Assembly: GCA_963779755.1 (NCBI GenBank)
Contig: CAVZZO010000001.1
Span: forward strand, 1,536,001 to 1,600,000
Source: an uncultured Gemmatimonadales bacterium
GTDB taxonomy: Bacteria > Gemmatimonadota > Gemmatimonadetes > Gemmatimonadales > GWC2-71-9
Length of the DNA: 64,000 nucleotides
Direction of reading: 5' to 3'
Shown piece after piece: positions 37,680 to 48,000 of this stretch (position 1 is its first letter; every line of letters begins with the position of its first letter). A model generated the notes under the pieces. That model made no database searches, was not told where the DNA came from, and saw nothing but the letters and a program-made list of their open reading frames with translations. Both the position numbers and the translations under genes were made by a program.

Positions 37680-38837
37680 CTAGAACGCCACCAGCCCCGC
37701 CCCGCCCACCGGCAGGCCGTCCGCCCCGCCGGACTGCTTCAGCAAGCCATCCTGCCGAATCCGGAAGCCGCTGATGCTCGCGGTGCCGCTGTTCAGCACA
37801 TAGAGGAACCGGTCGCCCCGGCTCACCGCCGCGTCGATCGGCGCCGTCCCCACGCCGGTCACCCCGCTCACGCCGTCGGGCGAGAGCAGCGACAGCTCGC
37901 CGTCATGGCTCACCCGGAAGCCGGTGACATTACCGCTCCCGGTGTTGGTCCCGTAGGCATACCGCCTCGAGTGCGTGGTCGCGATCCAGCAGATTGCCGT
38001 CTGGCCGGTCGCCAGCGAGGCGGTCGCCGGGACCAGCGAGCCGTCACTGCCTACGATGTAGGAGGAGGCGGTGCTGGCGCCCGGCATCCCGCCGGCCGCT
38101 TCGGAGACGATGAGCGCGTCCGGGCCGCCAAAGGAGAACCCGAACGGCGTGAGACCGCTGGAGGCATTGACCACCGGCGCGCCGGGCAGGCCGTTCACCT
38201 CCACCGGGAAGAGATCGATACGGCCGGTTCCCTTCTCGGTCACGGTAAGGAAGTGGCCGCCGGGTGTGAAGGCGACTTCCGCCGGCCCGACCCCGGGCGC
38301 GCTCAGCGGCACGGTTGAACCGGCCAGGGGGGTCAGCGACCCGTCGCCGCCGATGGCGAATCCCGAGACATTTCCGTCGCCCCCGGCGTTCAGCACATAG
38401 AGCAGCCTGCCGGAGACTGTCAGGCTGATCGGCATCGTGCCGCCGGAGCCGATGGTCTGCAGCAGCCTGGGGCCGCCCTCTCCCACGAGGGTAAACACGC
38501 TGATGTCGTTACTGCCGGCGTTGACGGCGTAAAGGGCACGGTGATCGCCACGGCCCACCAGGGCGCCCTGACTGCCCAGGCCGGCGCCGGTGCCGTTCCC
38601 GCCGGTGTCGAAGGCCCGCGGCCCCCCGAGCGAGCCGTCGGCCTGACGGCGGAAGACCAGCAGCTCGTTGCCGCCCTGGGCGTTCGACAGGGTGGCCACG
38701 AAGCCGGGATGGCCGGCGACGCTCAACGCCGGAGAGGCCGCCCGGGATGCCGATGGATCGGTGACGCCGGACTGATCACTACATGCGGCCACCGCCGCCA
38801 TGGCAAGGAAGGTGAGCGACAGCTGGCAGAGCTTCAT
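37680..38837 (-). CDS. Lactonase-family (6-phosphogluconolactonase-like) beta-propeller lipoprotein
   Basis: VAAC lipobox; LYAVNAGSN, SGGTMPISL and AICW blades; GGAGG RBS. Confidence 0.85.
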   Translation of the reverse strand: MKLCQLSLTFLAMAAVAACSDQSGVTDPSASRAASPALSVAGHPGFVATLSNAQGGNELLVFRRQADGSLGGPRAFDTGGNGTGAGLGSQGALVGRGDHRALYAVNAGSNDISVFTLVGEGGPRLLQTIGSGGTMPISLTVSGRLLYVLNAGGDGNVSGFAIGGDGSLTPLAGSTVPLSAPGVGPAEVAFTPGGHFLTVTEKGTGRIDLFPVEVNGLPGAPVVNASSGLTPFGFSFGGPDALIVSEAAGGMPGASTASSYIVGSDGSLVPATASLATGQTAICWIATTHSRRYAYGTNTGSGNVTGFRVSHDGELSLLSPDGVSGVTGVGTAPIDAAVSRGDRFLYVLNSGTASISGFRIRQDGLLKQSGGADGLPVGGAGLVAF

Positions 38838-38951
38838 GAGATACCTCCGGAGGAAAGAGTCTGTGGAGGTAGACGAAATCATCGCGGGATCGGTTCTTTC
38901 CGTGACCGGCGGCCGATTCCGGCGGCGCCGCGCGAGGGATAAATTCCCTGC

Positions 38952-40568
38952 ATGCTGATGACTGTCCTGGCCGCGGTCGCGCTGGGGGCGGCGCTCACCG
39001 CGGGGCCGCCCGCGCCCCGGCCCCGGCTGGTGGTCCTGGTGGTGGTGGATCAGATGCGGGGCGACTATCTGCAGCGTTACCGCGCGCAGTGGGCCGGCGG
39101 GTTCCGCCGCCTGCTGGAGCAGGGCGCGGTCTTCACCGACGGCCGCCAGGAGCACGCCATCACCGAAACGGCGCCGGGCCATTCCACGCTGCTCTCGGGC
39201 CGCTCACCGGCCAGCACCGGCATCGTCACCAACGCCACCGGCGTGGGCGATCCCGCCAGCCTGCTGCTGCAGGCCACCGGGCCCGGCGCTTCACCCTGGC
39301 GCTTCCGCGGCTCCACGCTCTACGACTGGTTGCGCTCGGCCGACTCAACCACGCGGGTGCTCAGCGTCTCCCGCAAGGACCGCGGCGCCATCCTTCCGGT
39401 TGGGCGGGCCGACGGTCAGGTCTACTGGTGGTCCCACGGGATGTTCACCACCAGCCGCTACTATCGCGATACGCTGCCCTCCTGGGTGAAGGCCTGGGAC
39501 AACCGGCCCGGCCCCCGCCGGCTGGAAGGTGCGATCTGGCGCCTGCTCCAGCCCGCCGCGCAGTACAGCGAGCCGGACTCCATGCCCTACGAGCACAACG
39601 GCGAGGACTACGCCTTCCCCCACCGGCTGCCGGCCGACAGCACGATCCTGTCCCGGATCGTCGACTATCCCTGGATGGATTCGCTGACGCTGGATCTGGC
39701 CCTGGAGGGCACCGGAAAGCTGCACCTCGGCGCCGGCCCCACCCCCGACCTCCTGGTGGTCTCGCTCTCCACCACCGACGCAGTGGGCCATGCCTACGGC
39801 CCCGATTCCCGCGAGATCCACGACCAGCTCCTCCGGCTGGATCACTGGCTCGGCTGGTTCCTGGACTCGCTGGCCACCCTGGTCCCGCCGGGCCGCACGG
39901 TCCTGGCACTTACTGCCGATCACGGCGTGCAGCCGTTCCCCGAGTGGGCCATTTCGGCGGGGTCCGCCCGGACCGATACGGCGGGGATGGCGGGCTACAC
40001 CGATCGCTATGCCGTGGGCCAGGCGGGCCGGGTCTGGCTCGGCGGCCTGGCCGTGCAGCTCGACCGCCTGTTCCGCGCGCGCTACAACGTGGATTTTCAT
40101 TTCGGGTTCGACAGCGGCCTCCTCACCGCCGATGTAGCGGCCCTGCGTGCCCGCGGAGTCGATACGGACAGCCTGGCAGGCGCGGTGGCGGCGGAGGTCC
40201 TTGCCCGGCCCGGCATCGCGCGGGTATTCACGCCGCAGTCGCTGGCAGCCGCGCCCGGCAGCGACCGCGAGGCCTTCTACTGGCGCGAAACGCTGCCCCC
40301 CGCCCTTGGCTGGCTGATCTGCGCCAGCACCCGTCCCGGCTGGACCTGGCAGTCTTCCGGTGGCTGGGCCACGCATGGGACTACCAACCCGGCCGACATG
40401 CACGTGCCCATGGTCTTCTGGGGCGCCGGGGTGAAGCGCGGGATCTATCGCGAACCGGTACGCACCGTGGACATCGGGCCGACGCTGGCGAGACTGGCCG
40501 GGGTGCGGCCAACCGAGCCGGTGGAGGGGCGGGTGCTGGAAGACGCGGTGGAGCTCCCGGCCCCGTGA
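38952..40568 (+). CDS. Alkaline phosphatase superfamily protein (PafA-like, Thr nucleophile)
   Basis: VVDQMR, TETAPGH, D..GH.YGP, TADHG and THG motifs. Confidence 0.9.
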   Translation: MLMTVLAAVALGAALTAGPPAPRPRLVVLVVVDQMRGDYLQRYRAQWAGGFRRLLEQGAVFTDGRQEHAITETAPGHSTLLSGRSPASTGIVTNATGVGDPASLLLQATGPGASPWRFRGSTLYDWLRSADSTTRVLSVSRKDRGAILPVGRADGQVYWWSHGMFTTSRYYRDTLPSWVKAWDNRPGPRRLEGAIWRLLQPAAQYSEPDSMPYEHNGEDYAFPHRLPADSTILSRIVDYPWMDSLTLDLALEGTGKLHLGAGPTPDLLVVSLSTTDAVGHAYGPDSREIHDQLLRLDHWLGWFLDSLATLVPPGRTVLALTADHGVQPFPEWAISAGSARTDTAGMAGYTDRYAVGQAGRVWLGGLAVQLDRLFRARYNVDFHFGFDSGLLTADVAALRARGVDTDSLAGAVAAEVLARPGIARVFTPQSLAAAPGSDREAFYWRETLPPALGWLICASTRPGWTWQSSGGWATHGTTNPADMHVPMVFWGAGVKRGIYREPVRTVDIGPTLARLAGVRPTEPVEGRVLEDAVELPAP

Positions 40569-40897
40569 GATTCCCCTCGCTCCCCTGCTATCCCTGTCCC
40601 CACCAGTCCGCCTGTTGTGCCTACGGTACCACCCTGGACGACGACGAGGCGGAACGGATCGGCCAACGGGAGGGATGGGATCGGATTTACCGCACCCGGT
40701 GGGGTGAGTGGCGCACGCGAGTACGCGGCGGCCGGTGTACTTTTCTGCAGAACAACGCCTGCACCCTCCACGAGACCGATATGTACCCTGCCGTCTGCCG
40801 CGGGTTTCCCTGGACCGACGCCGAGACGGGCGGTCCCTATGAGTATGACCGGACGATCTGCCCGGAGTTTCTCGAGCGGCAGGATCTGAGAAGCTAG
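40565..40897 (+). CDS. YkgJ-family CxxCxxCC cysteine-cluster protein
   Basis: CYPCPHQSACC...CTFL..CTLH...PAVCRGFP...CP; GTGA overlap with the upstream gene. Confidence 0.82.
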   Translation: MRFPSLPCYPCPHQSACCAYGTTLDDDEAERIGQREGWDRIYRTRWGEWRTRVRGGRCTFLQNNACTLHETDMYPAVCRGFPWTDAETGGPYEYDRTICPEFLERQDLRS

Positions 40898-40971
40898 GAG
40901 TCGGGAGTCAGGGCCCTTCCGTCTCCACACCCCGTCGCGGTACGGATCAACCCCAGGCCCCGGAACTCATC

Positions 40972-42282
40972 ATGCCACGGAACCGGCTGTTCCCTGCATT
41001 CCCGACTCCCGCACCCCGATTCTTCCTCCTGATCCCGGCGCTCCTGCTCATCGCCGGCCCCCTGAGGAGCCAGGAAAAAGACCAGGTACTGGCGCACGCA
41101 GAGAAGCTCCTCCATTCCTCACTGCTATGGGACGGCCACAACGATCTGCCCTGGGAAATCCGGATGCAGAAAGACCATCCCATGGACGTCGAGGCCTACG
41201 ACCTCACCACCCGCACGTCCGGGCAGACCGATCTGCCGCGGATGCGGCAGGGCGGGGTCAACGCGCAGTGGTGGTCGGTCTATATCCCCGGCGAGTACCC
41301 CGACAGCGGATACGCCCGGATGCAACTGGAGGAGATCGACATCGCGCGGCAGTTCATCGCCAAGTATCCCGACCTCCAGCTAGCCCGCAGCGCCGACGAC
41401 GTGATGCGGGCGTACAAGGCCGGGAAGATCGCCTCGCTGCTGGGCATGGAAGGCGGCCATGCCATCGAGAACTCCCTGGGCGCGCTCCGGGCCTATTACG
41501 ACCTGGGGGCGCGCTACATGACGCTGACCCACAACGTGACGCTCGACTGGGCCGATGCGGCGCTGGACAGCGCGCGGCACGGCGGGCTGACGCCGTTCGG
41601 GAAGGAAGTGGTGCGGGAAATGAACCGGCTGGGGATGGTGGTGGACCTGAGCCACGTGTCGCCCGGCACCATGAGCGACGCGCTGGATGTGAGCGAGGCG
41701 CCGGTGATGTTCTCCCACTCCTCCGCGCGGGCGCTGGTGGACGTCCCCCGCAATGTGCCCGATTCCATCCTCCGGCGGGTCAAGACCAACGGCGGGATCG
41801 TGATGGTCACGTTTGTGGGCTCGTTCATCTCCAACGCGATGAACGACTCGATCGAAGTCTGGCGCCCCCAGTTCCAGGCGGCGCTCGCCACGGCGGCCAG
41901 CGACAGCGACAGCGTGCGGGTCCGGCGGGAATTCATGCGCACCCATCAGATGCCGCGGGCCACGGTGGCCGACGTGGCCGATCATGTCGAGCACGTGCGC
42001 GATGTGGCCGGCGTCGACCACGTCGGGCTGGGCGGGGACTACGACGGAACCAGCGGACTCCCCGTGGGCATGGAGGACGTCTCCGGATTCCCCCGTCTCT
42101 TTGCCGAGCTGATCCGGCGGGGCTGGAGCGATGCCGACCTGAAGAAACTGGCCGGCCTCAACATGCTGCGGGTACTGCGGGAGGTGGAGGCAGTGTCCCA
42201 TCGCCTGCGGCAGGAACGGGGCCCGAGCACCAAGACCATCCAGCAGCTGGACAGCTCCAGCGCGGCGACGAGCACGCAGTAG
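40972..42282 (+). CDS. Membrane/renal-type dipeptidase (peptidase M19)
   Basis: DGHND, MEGGH, TLTH, DLSH, SHS, RNVPD and GGDYDG motifs. Confidence 0.93.
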   Translation: MPRNRLFPAFPTPAPRFFLLIPALLLIAGPLRSQEKDQVLAHAEKLLHSSLLWDGHNDLPWEIRMQKDHPMDVEAYDLTTRTSGQTDLPRMRQGGVNAQWWSVYIPGEYPDSGYARMQLEEIDIARQFIAKYPDLQLARSADDVMRAYKAGKIASLLGMEGGHAIENSLGALRAYYDLGARYMTLTHNVTLDWADAALDSARHGGLTPFGKEVVREMNRLGMVVDLSHVSPGTMSDALDVSEAPVMFSHSSARALVDVPRNVPDSILRRVKTNGGIVMVTFVGSFISNAMNDSIEVWRPQFQAALATAASDSDSVRVRREFMRTHQMPRATVADVADHVEHVRDVAGVDHVGLGGDYDGTSGLPVGMEDVSGFPRLFAELIRRGWSDADLKKLAGLNMLRVLREVEAVSHRLRQERGPSTKTIQQLDSSSAATSTQ

Positions 42283-42293
42283 GATGTGGCGAC

Positions 42294-42329
42294 GCGGGCA
42301 GGGGTCAGGCATGCCTGACCCCTGCCCGC
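42294..42329. repeat. Perfect 36-bp palindrome (REP-like) between convergent genes
   Basis: GCGGGCAGGGGTCAGGCA|TGCCTGACCCCTGCCCGC. Confidence 0.9.
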
Positions 42330-42334
42330 CCGCC

Positions 42335-43330
42335 TTACGTCTCACATCTTACCGTGGTGCCCAGCCACTGCGCCGCGGTTTCCTCCGCCCAGAACCGCGG
42401 CCGCCAGGGCGTTCCCTCCACCCAGCCCACATGACCGCCCCGGGGCGTGAAGGCCATGCTGAGGCAGGGGTTCTCCGCGACGGGACCGCGGGGGATGCCG
42501 GACGCCGGCGCGATGGGGTCATCCCCGGCATGGATCAGCAGGGTGGGGACACGGATGCCTGCCAGATACCCGCCGGCGCTGGCGCGGCGATAGTAGTCGG
42601 TCGCATCCCGGAAGCCGTGGAGCGGCGCTGTCACGGCGTCGTCGAACTGCGGAAAGGTGCGGGCCCGCAGCGCTGCGGATACATCGCAGCGGGCCGCCAG
42701 GTCGGCCTCCTTGGCCCGGACTTTCCGCCGGAGCGAGCGCAGGAAGAAACCGGTATAGAGCCGTCCCGCGCCTCGGCTCATGAGCCGGGCACCCGCCTCC
42801 AGGTCGTACGGCACCGAGATGCCGACCGCCGCCTCCAGCCCCGCGTCGTCGCCGCGCTCGCCCAGGTACTTGAGCAGGACGTTCCCGCCCAGCGAAAACC
42901 CCACCGCGCCCAACGGCACGCCGGCCTCCGTGGCGCGGAGCCAGGCGACCACCTGGCTCAGGTCTCCGGTTTCTCCCGAGTGGTAGAAACGGAGCGTGCG
43001 GTTGAGCCTGCCGCCACAGCTGCGAAAGTTGAGCCCGACCATCCGCAGCCCCCGGCCGGCCAGCGCCCGGGCCAGTTCGGCGGCATAGGAAGAATGCGCG
43101 GAACCCTCCAGCCCATGCAGCAGCAGGATCAGCGGGGCTCCCTCATCCACCGGATGGGCCCGGTCCACCGCGTACTCGAGATCGAGAAAATCGCCGTCCG
43201 GCGTGTCCAGCCGCACCCGGCGGAACCAGATGTCGCGCCCAGAGCGGGCAAACCGTCCCCCGATCGTCTGCGCGTGCGCGCCGGGAAGCCAGGAGGCGGG
43301 AGAGAAAGGGCGAGACGGGCTCGAACGCAT
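42335..43330 (-). CDS. YheT-family alpha/beta hydrolase
   Basis: HAQT, DGDFLDL, HGLEGS, GFSLGG, DDP and GGHVG motifs. Confidence 0.92.
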   Translation of the reverse strand: MRSSPSRPFSPASWLPGAHAQTIGGRFARSGRDIWFRRVRLDTPDGDFLDLEYAVDRAHPVDEGAPLILLLHGLEGSAHSSYAAELARALAGRGLRMVGLNFRSCGGRLNRTLRFYHSGETGDLSQVVAWLRATEAGVPLGAVGFSLGGNVLLKYLGERGDDAGLEAAVGISVPYDLEAGARLMSRGAGRLYTGFFLRSLRRKVRAKEADLAARCDVSAALRARTFPQFDDAVTAPLHGFRDATDYYRRASAGGYLAGIRVPTLLIHAGDDPIAPASGIPRGPVAENPCLSMAFTPRGGHVGWVEGTPWRPRFWAEETAAQWLGTTVRCET

Positions 43331-43372
43331 GAGGGAAGGGAACAGGGAAAGGCGAAACGGGAAAGGGACCGC

Positions 43373-44098
43373 CTATTCCCGGTCCCCCTTTCCCGGTTCC
43401 CGCTGTTTCACGAACAGGATCGCTCCCCCGACAATCGCGATCGTCGCAAACCCGAACCACTGGATGGCGTAACTCAGGTGCGGGCCGTTGGAGAGCGGCG
43501 GTGGGCGGAGGCGAACCGGCACCGGCGGCGCGGCGCTGTCGGGGGACTGGAGCAGCCAGACATCGCGCAGGGGGTAGGGGAGCGCCGCGCGCAGGGCGGT
43601 CAGGTCCAGCCGCCGCCAGGTGGTGTGGCCCTCCGCGACCAGCCGGGCCCCCTGGCCGGATCCGGGCAGAAAGGGCTGGATCACCCCCTGGATGCGTACC
43701 AGGGACGTATCCTCACCTGGCCGGCCCAGGTCCACCGTCATGGCATCGGGCGACGGAACGAAACCCCGGTTTACCAGCAGCGCGGTATCGCTGCCAGCCA
43801 GCCGCAGCGGCATGACCAGTTCTACGCCCGGTCCCTCGTCGTGAAAGCGCTGCCGGAGTACTACCGTATTCGCCGGGTCCCAGTGGCCCCGGGCCGAGCC
43901 GGCCCGCCAGACCAGGCTCCCCGCCGGCGCCGCGGTCCGGTTCAGGTTCACCGCCGGCCGGCGCATGTTGGCCTCCACCAGCCGGTTGGCGGCGCGCCGC
44001 TGATGCAGCCGGCTCAACTGCCAGAAGCCCAGGCGGACACAGACGGCGGCGATGACGAGAAGGGCGATGAAGAATGAGTAACGCGGTCGGAAGGACAT
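43373..44098 (-). CDS. SURF1-family protein
   Basis: LGFWQLSR, LLVNRGFV and HLSYAIQWF motifs. Confidence 0.92.
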   Translation of the reverse strand: MSFRPRYSFFIALLVIAAVCVRLGFWQLSRLHQRRAANRLVEANMRRPAVNLNRTAAPAGSLVWRAGSARGHWDPANTVVLRQRFHDEGPGVELVMPLRLAGSDTALLVNRGFVPSPDAMTVDLGRPGEDTSLVRIQGVIQPFLPGSGQGARLVAEGHTTWRRLDLTALRAALPYPLRDVWLLQSPDSAAPPVPVRLRPPPLSNGPHLSYAIQWFGFATIAIVGGAILFVKQREPGKGDRE

Positions 44099-44260
44099 GA
44101 ATTGTCTGCGGCAGAGGACAAGATCGACCGGGGAAGGTACCGCGGGCGGGGCATCAAGCAGAAGTGCCGGGGGGACTTAGCGTTTTCGGGCGGGTTGGTC
44201 TGCGGTTTGCTTTTGCACGCGGTGCGTCCATCGGCCCCGTCTCTTTGCCGCGAGGTCCCC

Positions 44261-44848
44261 ATGCGATCGGTTCTCCCTACCGCCGCGCTGCTTGCGGCAG
44301 CCCTGCTCCTGGCGGCGCCGTTGGCCGCCCAGCATCCCACCGGCAATCCCGATCTTCGTGAAGTCCACTATTCCCGGCATCGCGACGGCTTCTGGGCCAG
44401 TCTCGGCCTCGGAGTCGGCCAGGATGCCTTCCGGTATAATGGCGATCCGGCCTATTCCGAGAACATCAACGCCGCGACGCTGTCCGTCAGCCTCGGCGGC
44501 ACCCCCAGCCGGAACCTTCTCCTGGGTGGTGAGCTGTTCGCCTGGTTCCGTGACCAGTCCGGGGCCATCGAGTCGCTGAGCAGCGCGATGCTCATCGGCC
44601 AGTGGTATCCCTTCGGCTCGGCGGACCTGTTCCTGAAGGGCGGGTTCGGCCTCACCAACTATGCGCTCGATCCCGATTTCGGCGCGACCTACAATCAGTC
44701 GGGCTACGGCGGCGTCCTGGGGGCTGGTTACGACCTGCGGGTGGGCCGGAATGTCTCACTCACACCTACGATTGATTTCTACGGCCACCGCTACAGTGAC
44801 CGGCACGAGCGGATCATGAATCTGGGAGTGGCGGTGACGTTTCACTAG
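44261..44848 (+). CDS. Small outer-membrane beta-barrel protein
   Basis: Signal peptide, RDGFW motif, alternating strands, C-terminal VTFH. Confidence 0.8.
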   Translation: MRSVLPTAALLAAALLLAAPLAAQHPTGNPDLREVHYSRHRDGFWASLGLGVGQDAFRYNGDPAYSENINAATLSVSLGGTPSRNLLLGGELFAWFRDQSGAIESLSSAMLIGQWYPFGSADLFLKGGFGLTNYALDPDFGATYNQSGYGGVLGAGYDLRVGRNVSLTPTIDFYGHRYSDRHERIMNLGVAVTFH

Positions 44849-45081
44849 GAGTGGGTAGAGCGGGCAGTATGCAGGTGCGTTCTGCCCATTCGGCGTCTTC
44901 TCTTGTAAATTGCTTTCCCCCTCCACTGTTGCGGGGGGGAGTCCCCGCCCGCTGCGGAGGGCCGGGCCACACCGTTGTAAGTGATGTATTCTCAGTCTTT
45001 TAAGTCTTTTTAAGTCTCATGGCCGCGCCCGTGTTCCGGGCGGCTCCTGCCGGGCTGGTGCTGCTGATGGCTGTTCCCCTG

Positions 45082-48000
45082 ATGTCCCGCCGTTTCCCGC
45101 TTCGTCTGCCGGATTTCCTCCTGCTGGCGCTGGCCGCTGTGGGCGCCGCCACCTGTGGGGGAGACGGAGTCACCACGCCGCAGGAAGGGCAGCCGGCGGC
45201 CATCGCGCTGGTGAGCAGCGCCTCGCTCTCCGGAACCGTGGGCCAGTCCCTGGCGGACAGCGTGATCGTGCGGGTGACTGACAGCAAGGGGAGGCCGGTG
45301 CAGGATCAGGCAGTGGCCTTCGCGGTGACCAGTGGCGGCAGCAGCGCGATGCTGCAGCCCGACACGGTCATGACCGGCAGCGACGGGCAGGCCGCCACTC
45401 GATGGACACTGGGCCTGCTGGCGGGCATCCAGACCGCCGAGGCACGGGTCGTCGGCTTCCCCGCGCTGAAGGCCGGGTTCAGTGCCCAGGCGGCGCCTAA
45501 TCCCGCGTCCCGTCTCGCCCTTACCACCCAGCCGCCGGGCGCGGCCCAGAGCGGGGCGGCGCTCGATCCCGCGCCGGTGGTCCAGCTGGAGGATGACAAC
45601 GGCAATCCCGTGGCACATGCCGGGCAGGACGTGACGGTCAGCCTGATCGGCGCCGGGACCCTGTCGGGACCGACCAGCATCACCAGCGATGCCGCCGGGC
45701 AGGCAATGTTCAGCGGGCTCGCGATCAACGGCCGGCCCGCCACCTACAGGCTCGCCTTCAGTGCCGCCGGCCTCGTTCCCGATACGTCCACCACCATCAC
45801 CCTGCTGTCCGGGACCGCGACCACGCTGGCTTTCATCGGCCAGCCGAGCAACGCCACGGCGGGCGTCGGCATAACGCCCGATATCAGGGTCGAGATCCAG
45901 GACAACGCGGGGAACCCGGTCTCCTCCACCGCGACGGTGCATCTGGCCCTGGGGAACAACCCGGGCGGAGACCCCATGGCTACCGTCTCCGTGGCCGCGG
46001 TCGGGGGCGTGGCGACGTTCTCCGGCGTGACGCTGCAGAAGGCTGGGAGCGGCTACACCCTGGTTGCGTCGTCCACCGGCCTGGCCTCGGCGACGAGTAC
46101 GCCATTCGATGTCACCGCCGCGGCAGCGGCCGCCCTGACGTTCACGCAGCAACCCAGTAACGTCGTCGCGGCATCGGCCATTACGCCGGCGGTCCGCGTC
46201 ACCCTGCTGGACCCGTTCGGCAACGTCGCGACCGGCAGCTCGGCGGCGGTCACGATGGCCATCGGCACCAATCCCGCCGGTGGTGTGTTGAGCGGCACTA
46301 CGAGCGTGAACGCCAGCAGCGGGGTGGCCACCTTCACCAATCTGAAGATCGACAAGCCCGGCACCGGCTACACGCTGGTGGCCGGCAGCAGCGGCCTCGC
46401 CAGCGTTACCAGCACCCCATTTGACGTCCAGGTCGGCACGGGGAACAAGGTGGCCTTTGGCGTGCAGCCGTCCAACACGACCGCGGGGAATGTCATTTCG
46501 CCGGCCGTCACGGTCCAGGTCCAGGACGCCGCCGGGAACCTCGACCCGACGGCCACCAACCAGGTGACCGTGTTTCTGGGCCAGAACCCGGGGAACGGCC
46601 ACCTGAGCGGCACCCTGCAGAAGAACGCGGTCAACGGCGTCGCCACGTTCAGCAATCTCGGCATTGATTCCGCGGGGACGGGCTATACCCTGAGCGCCGC
46701 GGCCACCGGCCTGGTCAGCGCCGAGAGCAATCGTTTCAATATTCTTACCGGTCCGCCGGCGACGATCGGCATCGTGACCCAGCCCTCGAGCACGGTGCAG
46801 AACGGGGTGCCGTTCCCCACGCCGCCGTCGGTCGTGGTGCGCGACCAGAGCGGCAACGCGGTTTCAGGGCAGGTGGTGACCGCTTCGCTGGCGAGCGGGT
46901 CGGGCATCTCGCTTTTCGGCGCGAGCGCCACCACCAACTCCAGCGGCGTCGCCACCTTCGGCGGAATCAGCGCCAGCGGGACGGCCGGCACGTTCAGTCT
47001 GCACTTCCAGGCCGGTTCGGCGGTGAGCGCCGCCACGGGCAGCATCACCCTGACGGCCGGCGCCCCCGCCAGCGTCAGCATCACGCAACAGCCGGTGGAT
47101 ACGGCGACGAGCGGAGTGGTCTTCCCCCAGCAGCCGGCGGTCGTGGTGAAGGACGGCGCGGGCAATCCGGTCGCCGGCCAGAGTGTGACGGCCTCGATTG
47201 CCAGCGGAAGCGGGACCCTCTCGGGAACGCTCACCCTCACGACGTCCAGCGCCGGCACGGCAGCCTGGTCCAACCTCGCGATCACCGGCGCGGGGAATTA
47301 CACCCTGCAGTTCACCGCCGGCTCGGCCGTCAGCCCGCAGTCCAGCACCATTGTCGTCATCGGCGTGCCTGCCAGCGTGACGATCACGACGCAGCCCTCC
47401 TCGACGGTGCAGGTCGGGGTAGTGTTCCCCACGGTGCCCCAGGTGCGAGTCCAGGATGCCCTGGGCAAGAATATCAAGAACCAGGCGGTCGCCCTCGCGG
47501 TGGCGTCCGGCGGGGCGCTCACGATCACCCAGGGTACCGCCGTCACCGGCCCCAACGGCATCGCGGTCTTCACCGGCCTCAGCGTGGTGGGGCTGGCAGG
47601 GACGCGTACCTTCCAGTTCACGGCGGGCGGCGTCACCAGCGCTCCCTCCGCTCCGGTCTCCGTGACCGCCGGCGCCCCATCATCCGTGGTTGTAACCACC
47701 CAACCCTCCGCGGCAGTGCAGGCCGGGGTCCCGTTCCCGGTGCAGCCCGCCGTGACGGTCACGGATGTCGGGACCAATCCCGTTCCTTCGCAGACGGTAA
47801 CGGCCGCGATCGCTTCCGGCGCCGGAACGCTGGCCGGGGCCCTGACAGCGACGACGAACTCTTCCGGCGTGGCGACCTTCAGCTCACTGGAGATTGACGG
47901 CGCGACCGGAACGCGGACCCTGAGCTTTACCGCCGGAAGCGCGAACGCCACGTCGGCGGGTATCTCGGTGGGCCCAGGCCTGGCTTCCGCATCCCATACC

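Noticed and set aside
43373..44098. SURF1 as part of the Cyc2 electron-transfer module
   Set aside because: No oxidase subunit genes nearby and more than 12 kb from either cyc2-like gene, so the link is unsupported.
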